DNA of 32,000 nucleotides from Pseudomonas aeruginosa (GTDB lineage Bacteria; Pseudomonadota; Gammaproteobacteria; Pseudomonadales; Pseudomonadaceae): NCBI RefSeq assembly GCF_001457615.1, contig NZ_LN831024.1, positions 2,670,001 to 2,702,000 of the forward strand, read 5' to 3'. Shown piece by piece: positions 17,099 to 23,626 of this stretch (position 1 is its first letter; each line of letters starts with the position of its first letter). The notes under the pieces were generated by a model. It saw only the letters and a program-made list of their open reading frames with translations, ran no database searches and was not told where the DNA came from. The position numbers and the translations under genes were made by a program.

Positions 17099-18118
17099 AT
17101 GTCCCGAGTGATCCGTTTTCATCAGTTTGGCCCGCCAGAGGTCCTCAAATGCGAAGAGCTGCCGACCCCGGCGCCGGCCGCAGGGGAAGTCCTGGTGCGT
17201 GTCCAGGCGATCGGCGTGAGCTGGAAGGATGTGCTCTGGCGTCAGAACCTGGCCCCGGAGCAGGCTGCGCTGCCGTCCGGTCTCGGCTTCGAACTGGCCG
17301 GCGAGGTGCTGGCGGTCGGCGCCGGCGTCGGCGACCTGCCGCTGGGTTCCCGCGTGGCCAGTTTCCCCGCCCATACCCCCGATCATTATCCGGCCTATGG
17401 CGACGTGGTGCTGATGCCGCGCGCGGCCCTGGCGGTCTACCCCGAGGTACTCACCCCGGTGGAGGCCAGCGTCTACTACACCGGCCTGCTGGTGGCCTAT
17501 TTCGGCCTGGTCGACCTGGCCGGGTTGAAGGCCGGGCAGACCGTGCTGATCACCGAGGCGGCGCGCATGTACGGACCGGTCTCGATCCAGTTGGCCAAGG
17601 CTCTCGGCGCGCGGGTGATCGCTTCCACCAAGTCCGCCGAGGAGCGCGAGTTCCTCCGCGAGCAGGGCGCCGACAAGGTGGTGGTGACCGACGAGCAGGA
17701 CCTGGTCCTGGAAGTCGAGCGCTTCACCGAGGGCAAGGGCGTCAATGTCATCCTCGACGAATTGGGCGGCCCGCAGATGACCCTGCTCGGCGATGTCTCC
17801 GCCACCCGCGGCAAGCTGGTGCTGTATGGCTGCAACGGCGGCAACGAGTCGGCGTTCCCGGCCTGCGCCGCGTTCAAGAAGCACCTGCAGTTCTACCGCC
17901 ACTGCCTGATGGATTTCACCGGTCATCCGGAGATGGGCCTGGAACGCAACGACGAGTCGGTGAGCAAGGCCCTCGCGCACATCGAGCAACTGACCCGCGA
18001 TCGCCTGCTCAAGCCGGTGGTCGACCGGGTATTCGAGTTCGACCAGGTGGTCGAGGCGCACCGCTACATGGAAACCTGTCCGAAGCGCGGCCGGGTGGTG
18101 ATCCACGTCGCCGATTGA
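17099..18118 (+). CDS. mexS: MexS, zinc-type/quinone oxidoreductase-family protein (339 aa)
   Basis: Starts MSRVIRFHQFGPPEVLKCEELPTPAPAAGEVLVRVQAIGV... and has an MDR-superfamily fold. The gene is divergent from mexT. Confidence 0.95.
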   Translation: MSRVIRFHQFGPPEVLKCEELPTPAPAAGEVLVRVQAIGVSWKDVLWRQNLAPEQAALPSGLGFELAGEVLAVGAGVGDLPLGSRVASFPAHTPDHYPAYGDVVLMPRAALAVYPEVLTPVEASVYYTGLLVAYFGLVDLAGLKAGQTVLITEAARMYGPVSIQLAKALGARVIASTKSAEEREFLREQGADKVVVTDEQDLVLEVERFTEGKGVNVILDELGGPQMTLLGDVSATRGKLVLYGCNGGNESAFPACAAFKKHLQFYRHCLMDFTGHPEMGLERNDESVSKALAHIEQLTRDRLLKPVVDRVFEFDQVVEAHRYMETCPKRGRVVIHVAD

Positions 18119-18137
18119 AGACGACCCGCAGCGAAAG

Positions 18138-18164
18138 AGCCCGGCCATCGAGCCGGGCTTTTTC
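18138..18164 (+). terminator. Rho-independent terminator of mexS
   Basis: AGCCCGGC-catcga-GCCGGGCT forms a perfect 8-bp stem followed by TTTTT. It starts 20 nt after the mexS stop. Confidence 0.7.
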
Positions 18165-18257
18165 GTGGGGGACAGAGGTCTCTGGGTTCTGGTCGCCAGC
18201 GCGTTAGGAGAGCAAAGGGACAGTTCGACTCTTCTTGAAAATATCTGTAATCCGGCT

Positions 18258-18940
18258 TCAGATCATTTGAAGCCCCAAGCGACCGAGGCTCGCCGCCAGT
18301 CGCAGGCGCGAGGTCTGCCAGTTGCCGAGGGCGCGGATGTGCTGGTCCTCGGCGCTGGCGTAGGCGGTCAGGGCGTTGAGCAGCTCGATCATGCTGCCGA
18401 CCCCTGAGCGGTAGCGGCCCTGCACCACCTCCAGGCTTTGCCGCGACTGTTCGACCAGTTCGCGGGTGCGCGCCAGGCTGCGGGTCTCGACGCTGAGCGA
18501 CTGGTAGTTGTTCCACACCTCCAGCGAAACCTGCTGCTCGGTGTCGGCCAGCTCCGCTTCGCTGGCTTCGCGGCGGGCCAGGGCGTTGCGGACCTGGTAG
18601 GTGCGTTCGAAGCCTTCGAACAACGGGATGTTCAGTTGCAGGCCGATGCTGCGGTCGCGTTCGCGGGTATCGCCGTTGAACGCCATCGCCTGGTCGCTAT
18701 GGCTGCGTGCCAGGTTGGCGCTCAGCGCCAGGCTCGGCCGGCCGGCGGCGCGGCTTTCCTCCACCGAGGCGGCGGCGGCTTTCAGCCGCGCCTGGGCGGC
18801 GAGCAGCGCCGGATGCTCGCGGCGGGCTTCGGCGAGCATCTCGTCGATGGCCTTGACGAAGCCGGTGTCGGGTTGCGCCTCCAGCTCGCCGGAGAGGCGC
18901 AGCGGGGTATCCGGCGCCAGGCCCATGCGCAGGGCGCACT
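18258..18940 (-). pseudogene. C-terminal half only of a TolC-family outer membrane factor (5'-truncated gene remnant)
   Basis: The 222-aa ORF ...PDTGFVKAIDEMLAEARREHPALLAAQARLKAAAASVEESRAAGRPSLALSANLA ... GRYRSGVGSMIELLNALTAYASAEDQHIRALGNWQTSRLRLAASLG aligns by eye to the second structural repeat of TolC/OprM-type proteins. No signal peptide or first repeat is present. The upstream frame hits a stop at 18999-19001. High-GC sequence ends abruptly at about 18940. Confidence 0.7.
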
Positions 18941-19054
18941 TCCGCCAAATTTTCCGAGTCCTGCACCTATAGCTCCACCAGCTCCTGTTGCTGCGGCATC
19001 AAGACTGTTTCCTCCTGACACAATATCCATCTCAATGATGCTTAGTTCGCGCAC
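18782..19054 (-). CDS. Double-glycine-leader (ColV/class II microcin-like) precursor peptide; its 3' part appears replaced by out-of-frame OMF sequence (chimeric or truncated)
   Basis: SD AAGGAG (19067-19062) lies 7 nt before the GTG at 19054. The product reads M-RELSIIEMDIVSGG|NSLDAAATGAGGAIGAGLGKFGGS. The leader fits the LSxxE[LM]xx[IV]xGG consensus and is the same length as the ColV leader MRTLTLNELDSVSGG (recalled). After codon ~39 the sequence turns GC-rich and the translation becomes Arg/Pro-rich (APCAWAWRRIPRCASP...). The ORF track starts this frame at a TTG at 19081, which has no SD. Confidence 0.55.
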   Translation of the reverse strand: MRELSIIEMDIVSGGNSLDAAATGAGGAIGAGLGKFGGSAPCAWAWRRIPRCASPASWRRNPTPASSRPSTRCSPKPAASIRRCSPPRRG

Positions 19055-19885
19055 CTGATAACTCCTTTGAGATTTTTTCAAAAGATATTAGTAAAGCGAT
19101 AATGCAAGAGCTAAGTAGTATTAGGCCGGTTGTAGATGATGACAGTTTTGCTCCTGGTGATATATCGCTATTGCCAATCAGATAGAGGCCGAATAAGCCT
19201 GTGGAGATCATGATTAGAAGCCCGCTAAGTGTTTGAATGCGTTTTCGTGGCTCTAGTTGGTTAGATTTTTCTTTGTTTAGCTCTTTAAGCGCTTTTGTTG
19301 TTGAAATAAGATGAATGATTCCTGTGTAAAATATTATGGCGCAGATTGATAATGTTGCGTCAATGGTTGCTAGCCATTTTTTCTCCATTCCTAGTTGGTC
19401 ATTGAAGATTGAGAAGAGTATGGCGATTCCCGCTCCGTAGCCGGAAATTATGAGTGTAGGACTTCTCCTGATTTTATCTATCTTGAGTTTGCTAAAATTG
19501 TGTTCTGACAATTTTATATTCCCTGCTGGTTGGGGTGGTGTGGCGTTAGTTTTTTAGCACGATATCGTTCTTGATGTGTGTAAGAGAATTCTGTGAAAAC
19601 TAATGGATTTTTCTTGCGTGAGAGGCTTTGGGTGTCATGGAGTAGACAGAAGCATGTTTGACGGTCTAGGTGGGGGCGCTTTTGAAATGCCCTTGGGAGG
19701 GGTTTTTGAAGGATGTGGAGATGTGTCGTTTCTGGCGGTTTTGGAAATTTATTATGTGCCTTGGCAGTTTTTATTCTTGAGCGTGCTGTGTTTTAGAGGA
19801 TGTCTCCAATGGCAGGTTTGCATGTATATGTAGGCGCTATGGCGGCGCGAATATACATTGCCGCCAAAGCAAACTGCTTATTCGT
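18941..19885. other. Low-GC (~35%) patch of probable foreign origin in a >60% GC chromosome
   Basis: A hand count of 19081-19140 gives 21/60 G+C, while the flanking mexS and cupin genes are visibly >60% GC. The compositional boundary is sharp at ~18940 and more gradual near 19860-19885. No integrase, transposase, tRNA or obvious flanking direct repeats were seen. Confidence 0.7.
19032..19511 (-). CDS. Low-GC 4-TM small membrane protein; candidate microcin immunity protein
   Basis: 159 codons run from a TTG at 19511; the next in-frame ATG would give 118 aa. Four hydrophobic helices are visible (TLIISGYGAGIAILFSIF; ATLSICAIIFYTGIIHLI; LSGLLIMISTGLFGLYLIG; GLILLSSCIIALLISF). The 3' end overlaps the peptide gene by 23 nt. 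The function is inferred only from context. Confidence 0.5.
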   Translation of the reverse strand: MSEHNFSKLKIDKIRRSPTLIISGYGAGIAILFSIFNDQLGMEKKWLATIDATLSICAIIFYTGIIHLISTTKALKELNKEKSNQLEPRKRIQTLSGLLIMISTGLFGLYLIGNSDISPGAKLSSSTTGLILLSSCIIALLISFEKISKELSGARTKHH

Positions 19886-20260
19886 TCAGATCCACAGATC
19901 GTTGACCGCCGTCCGCTCGCCGCCCTGGTCGCCGGTATTGCGCACGCCGCAGGGCTCCACCAGGAGCATGCGCACCTCGCCCTCGGCGAACGGCTTGTGC
20001 TCCACGCCGCGCGGCACCACATACATCTCGCCGGGGCCCAGATGCACCGCGCCGTCGCGGAAATCGATGCGCAGGCGACCGGCGAGGACGATGAAGGTCT
20101 CGTCGGTGTCGGCGTGGCTGTGCCAGACGAAGTCGCCTTCGATCTTCACCAGCTTGAACTGGTAGTCGTTCATCTGGGCGATCACCCTGGGTTGCCAGCG
20201 GTCGTCGAACAGGGCGAGCTTGGCGGCGAAGTTGATCGCTTGGGTTGTGCTGGTGGACAT
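19886..20260 (-). CDS. Cupin-domain protein (124 aa)
   Basis: Cupin motifs are present: [20 protein letters not shown] ... [16 protein letters not shown]. Confidence 0.85.
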   Translation of the reverse strand: MSTSTTQAINFAAKLALFDDRWQPRVIAQMNDYQFKLVKIEGDFVWHSHADTDETFIVLAGRLRIDFRDGAVHLGPGEMYVVPRGVEHKPFAEGEVRMLLVEPCGVRNTGDQGGERTAVNDLWI

Positions 20261-20340
20261 CGGTGCGCTCCGGTGGTTGGTCTCTGGCGCCAGGGTAGGC
20301 GGCTACGGAGCGGGCGGTCTTGGATGATCGTGCAACCTGG

Positions 20341-21156
20341 CTAGGCGCGGCCGAGCATACGCAGCCAGCGTGCCGGTGGCAGGCCGTAGCTCTGGCCGAA
20401 ATGGCGGGTCATGTGGCTCTGGTCTGTGAAACCGGCGGCAAGCGCGGCTTCGGCCAGCGTCTGGCCGCCGAGCATCAGCCGGCGGGCGATGTCCAGCCGG
20501 CGCTGGATCAGGTAGCGGTAGGGGCTGGTGCCGAACAGCGCGCGGAAATCGCGCGACAGGCTCCAGCGTTCTCGCTGGGCGACCTGCGCCAGTTCGTCGA
20601 GGCCCAGCGGGCGCTCCAGGTGCGCGTGGATGTACTGCCGGGCGCGCTCGGCGGCGACGAAGTCGAAGTGGCGCCTGCCGCGCGCCCGGTTGCCGGCCAC
20701 GGCGTCGAGGGTGTGGGCCAGTTCGAACAGGGCGTCCTGTTCTTCCAGCGGCTCCAGCGGGGTATCCATGGCCTGTAGCAGGGTCCGGCTGGCGGCGATC
20801 AGGCGCGGGTCGTCGGACAAGCCCCCGCGCACGAACGGCAGCGGCCGGCCGCCGAGGGCCTGCTGGATCAGCGCCGGCTCGACGTAGAGCATCCGGTAGC
20901 GGAACCCTTCCTGGCTGCCGGCCTCGCCGTCGTGCAGCTCGTCGGGATGCAGCACCAGGCAGCCGCCCGGCAGGCTGTGGCGCTGGCTGCGGCGATAGCG
21001 GAAGCTCTGCACCCCGGCCAGGGTCTGGCCGATGGCATAGGTGTCGTGGCGATGCGGATCGTAGCCGTGGCCGGCGAAGTAAGCCTCGATGCGTTCCACC
21101 GCACCGTGTTGCGGGGCGCGTCGAACCCAGTCGCGGGGCGTATTGGCGTGGCTCAT
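20341..21156 (-). CDS. AraC/XylS-family transcriptional regulator (271 aa)
   Basis: The 340-aa frame was trimmed to MSHANTPRDW... at 21156. The protein has an N-terminal AraC-type ligand-binding region and a C-terminal double HTH (LGLDELAQVAQRERWSLSRDFRALFGTSPYRYLIQRRL...GFTDQSHMTRHF). Confidence 0.85.
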   Translation of the reverse strand: MSHANTPRDWVRRAPQHGAVERIEAYFAGHGYDPHRHDTYAIGQTLAGVQSFRYRRSQRHSLPGGCLVLHPDELHDGEAGSQEGFRYRMLYVEPALIQQALGGRPLPFVRGGLSDDPRLIAASRTLLQAMDTPLEPLEEQDALFELAHTLDAVAGNRARGRRHFDFVAAERARQYIHAHLERPLGLDELAQVAQRERWSLSRDFRALFGTSPYRYLIQRRLDIARRLMLGGQTLAEAALAAGFTDQSHMTRHFGQSYGLPPARWLRMLGRA

Positions 21157-21182
21157 GGGGAAAGGCTCGTGGCGCGGAAGGT

Positions 21183-21947
21183 TCAGGCTAGCGCTTCGTT
21201 GGCGCGACTGGAATAGCCGGACGGCGTCTCGCCGAATACTGCGCGGAAGGCACTGGCGAAGCTGCTCGGGCTTTCGTAGCCGAGCGACCAGGCGACCTCG
21301 CCGACCGCCTGGCCCGCTGCCAGCCGTTCGACGGCCGCGTGCAGTCGCGCCAGTTGCCGCCATTGCGCGAAGCTCATGCCGGTCTCGGCGCCGAACAGCC
21401 GGCTCAGGCTACGGCTGCTGAGGCCCGCCCAGCGTGCCCATTCGGCCGCCGGCCGCGGATCGCCGGGGTTGGCCAGCAATGCCTCGGCGATCCTGCGCAG
21501 GCGCGAATCCCCCGGATAGGGCAGGCGGGTCCGCTGGGGCACGGCGTGGCGCAGTTCGTCCAGCAGCACGCGCAGCAGGTTCTCGCGTTCGGTGTTCCAG
21601 GCGGAGCCGGTCGGCCAGCGGGTGGCGCGTTCGACGATCAGCGCCACGAAAGCCGAGCAGGCGAGCACGCCGGGGTGCCGGGGCAGGTCGCGGCAGTGTT
21701 CGGCGGCGAGGTAGGCGCTCCAGCCCGCCAGGCTGCCGTGGGAGTGCGCCGAGTGTGGGTGACCCGGTGGGATCCAGGCGATCTGGCGCGGAGGCAGGGC
21801 CTGGCGGCCATGCTCGTCCTCGACCACCAGAAGGCCGCGCTCCAGGCAGTAGAGCTGGCCGCAGGCATGGCGGTGGGAGGCCGTGCGGCTGGCTGCGCGG
21901 TCGATGCGCAGGGCGAAGAGCGGGACGGGCAGGGGTTCCGGAAGCAT
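21183..21947 (-). CDS. AraC/XylS-family transcriptional regulator (254 aa)
   Basis: The N-terminal region is cupin-like (HRHACGQLYCLERGLLVVE...IPPGHPHSAHS). The C-terminal HTH pair reads WAGLSSRSLSRLFGAETGMSFAQWRQLARL...LGYESPSSFASAFRAVFGETP. Confidence 0.85.
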   Translation of the reverse strand: MLPEPLPVPLFALRIDRAASRTASHRHACGQLYCLERGLLVVEDEHGRQALPPRQIAWIPPGHPHSAHSHGSLAGWSAYLAAEHCRDLPRHPGVLACSAFVALIVERATRWPTGSAWNTERENLLRVLLDELRHAVPQRTRLPYPGDSRLRRIAEALLANPGDPRPAAEWARWAGLSSRSLSRLFGAETGMSFAQWRQLARLHAAVERLAAGQAVGEVAWSLGYESPSSFASAFRAVFGETPSGYSSRANEALA

Positions 21948-22044
21948 TTGGCGGAAAAGCGACGATGATTGGCTTGGGATGGATAATAGGCCATTCGACT
22001 GCGGATGTAGCCTGGCGGCTCATCATTCTTGCCTGGAGCACGCC

Positions 22045-22317
22045 ATGAAAGCCGAAGACATCCTTTCCGACCGACAGGACCGCATCCGCCTGGGCGGCGT
22101 GGAGATACGCAAGGGCAGCGTCGGCGCGTTCATCGCCAACGCCCGGCTGCTGCTTGAGGAGGAACTGCCCGCGGCGCAACGGCGGCAGGCCGAAGAAGAC
22201 CTGCGCGCCCTGCTGCCGGCGATCCGGGCACTGGGGCTGCTGGAACTCTTCGAACTGCGCGACGCGCGACTGCGGACGCTGGTGGCGGATTGGGAAAACG
22301 CCGCTGGCCGCTCCTGA
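22045..22317 (+). CDS. Hypothetical protein (90 aa)
   Basis: ATG at 22045 has GGAG 6 nt upstream. The codon bias is GC3-rich. I recognise no domain. The gene is divergent from the AraC gene. Confidence 0.55.
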   Translation: MKAEDILSDRQDRIRLGGVEIRKGSVGAFIANARLLLEEELPAAQRRQAEEDLRALLPAIRALGLLELFELRDARLRTLVADWENAAGRS

Positions 22318-22343
22318 GAGCGGCACACGGGCACTTGGAGGTA

Positions 22344-22538
22344 TCAGTCGTCGATGCAGCTTTCGATCAGGCGTTGCAGGGCTTCGCGCTCACTGACCGG
22401 CGTGCGCATCGGCATGTGCGCGAGGCTGCCGTCGCGGCGCTCGATGATGTACTCGGTCTCGAAGTGCAGGGTGCAATCCTCGAGGCTCACATAGGTGACG
22501 CCATAGGTCGGGGCCTTGCGGGAGCGGGCTGAGAGCAT
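22344..22538 (-). CDS. Small hypothetical protein (64 aa); position matches PAO1 PA2486 (ptrC by my recollection)
   Basis: A strong SD AAGGAGG lies 6 nt before the ATG at 22538. The gene starts 16 nt downstream of the preceding micro-ORF stop. The identification as PA2486 is by synteny only. Confidence 0.65.
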   Translation of the reverse strand: MLSARSRKAPTYGVTYVSLEDCTLHFETEYIIERRDGSLAHMPMRTPVSEREALQRLIESCIDD

Positions 22539-22554
22539 GGATGCCTCCTTGGGC

Positions 22555-22674
22555 TCATTTCTTCTCGCTGGTCGATGCGGGCGCGCTGGCCTGAACCGGG
22601 CGAGTAGGGGTCACTGCATTGCTGTAGAACGCGGAAGCGGCGAAGTAGCTGGCGAGGGCGCTGAAGCTGGACAT
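22555..22674 (-). CDS. 39-aa micro-protein, first gene of a two-gene operon
   Basis: ATG at 22674 is preceded by AGGAGAA. The product is MSSFSALASYFAASAFYSNAVTPTRPVQASAPASTSEKK. The 104-aa ORF-track extension has no SD and implausible composition. Confidence 0.45.
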   Translation of the reverse strand: MSSFSALASYFAASAFYSNAVTPTRPVQASAPASTSEKK

Positions 22675-22760
22675 GATCGGTTCTCCTGGGGAAGGGTGGG
22701 CGTCTGCCCTTGGAGAGCATGTTTGCCCAGCGGGAGAACCGGCAGAAGTAAAAAGCCTGC

Positions 22761-22784
22761 ATGGTGTATATCGAGCGCGGTGAT
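22761..22784 (-). promoter_or_regulatory. Near-consensus MexT binding box upstream of the micro-protein operon
   Basis: The minus strand reads ATCA-ccgcg-CTCGAT-atac-ACCAT. The MexT consensus, as I recall it, is ATCA-N5-GTCGAT-N4-ACYAT, so 14 of 15 specified positions match. The box lies 87 bp upstream of the ATG at 22674. Confidence 0.6.
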
Positions 22785-22861
22785 GGATCAAGCGACCCCC
22801 TCCAGCCTTGCGACTGTTCGCCGGTGTTACCATATGACGTGTTTTTTTCTCAGGAATTCCC

Positions 22862-23476
22862 ATGGCCAAGCGTGGACGCCCCTGCGGCTTCGATCGTGAA
22901 CAGGCATTGCGCCGGGCGCTCGACGTGTTCTGGGAGGCCGGTTACGAAGGCGCGACCATGGCCGCGCTGAAGGAGGCCATGGGTGGCATCTGCGCGCCGA
23001 GCATGTATGCCGCCTATGGTTCCAAGGAGGCGCTGTTCCGTTCGGCGGTGGAACTCTACCTGAGCCAGGAGTGCCAGCTTTCCAAGGGCGCCTTCGCCCT
23101 GCCGACGGCGCGCGAGTCGATCGCCGCGCTGCTGGAAAGCGCCGCCGTCAGCTACACCACGGAAGGCAAGCCGCGCGGTTGCCTGGTCGACCTCAGCACG
23201 ACCAATTTCTCGCCGGCCAACAAAGGCGTCGAAGACTACCTGCGCGATCACCGGCGGCGCGCCGCGCGCCTGCTGCGCGAGCGTTTCGCACGAGGCGTGG
23301 CCGACGGCGACGTGCCGGCCGGAGCCGATCTCGACGCGCTCACCAGTTTCTACAGCAGCGTGCTTCAGGGCCTGTCGATCCAGGCCCGCGACGGCGCCAG
23401 CCGCCAGCAGTTGCTGGCCATCGGCCGCTGCGCGATGGCGGCCTGGGATTCCCTGCTGGCGGTCGAGGCCGCCTGA
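22862..23476 (+). CDS. TetR/AcrR-family transcriptional regulator (204 aa)
   Basis: The N-terminal HTH reads GRPCGFDREQALRRALDVFWEAGYEGATMAALKEAMGGICAPSMYAAYGSKEALF. Confidence 0.85.
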   Translation: MAKRGRPCGFDREQALRRALDVFWEAGYEGATMAALKEAMGGICAPSMYAAYGSKEALFRSAVELYLSQECQLSKGAFALPTARESIAALLESAAVSYTTEGKPRGCLVDLSTTNFSPANKGVEDYLRDHRRRAARLLRERFARGVADGDVPAGADLDALTSFYSSVLQGLSIQARDGASRQQLLAIGRCAMAAWDSLLAVEAA

Positions 23477-23626
23477 CGCCACAGCGCGCCTTGACTGGAA
23501 AAAGCCCATGGATTCTCCGTGGGCAAAAACTATAACGCGTGATATAGAATTGATCCAAACCCCGGGCGAGGTCCTTCCGCGCGTGTCTCGCGCCCTGGCC
23601 ATCGCTCGCTGCCGATTGGAGCCTTC

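Noticed and set aside
18782-18938. The GC-rich tail of the microcin-like ORF (…APCAWAWRRIPRCASPASWRRNPTPASS…) as genuine mature-peptide sequence.
   Set aside because: It is the out-of-frame translation of the TolC-like remnant. Composition changes abruptly at ~18940. The Arg/Pro-rich tail looks nothing like Gly/Ala/Ser-rich class II microcin cores. I treat it as a fusion artefact, but I cannot exclude that a chimeric peptide is made.
19055-19081. The TTG at 19081 (ORF-track start) as the start of the leader peptide, giving MKKSQRSYQ-VRELS...
   Set aside because: No SD precedes it. The internal GTG at 19054 has a perfect AAGGAG at 7 nt and yields a 15-residue leader of canonical length.
19603-19833. 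76-aa plus-strand ORF in the AT-rich spacer (MDFSCVRGFGCHG...LGGGAFEMPLGG...), considered as a second Gly-Gly peptide.
   Set aside because: It has no SD and no LSxxELxxIxGG-type leader. Its composition is odd and it lies opposite to the neighbouring operon. It is more likely non-coding regulatory DNA.
18941-19885. Calling the low-GC patch a mobile element or genomic island.
   Set aside because: No integrase, transposase, tRNA attachment site, inverted terminal repeats or flanking direct repeats are visible. Only the compositional anomaly supports foreign origin, so it is reported as 'other'.
23498-23546. Hairpin CCCATGGattctCCGTGGG and the quasi-palindrome CTATAACGCGTGATATAG between the TetR and LLM genes, considered as a terminator or TetR operator.
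   Set aside because: The hairpin has a mismatch and no T-tract. The palindrome is imperfect. I cannot distinguish an operator from chance without comparative data, so it is not listed as a feature.
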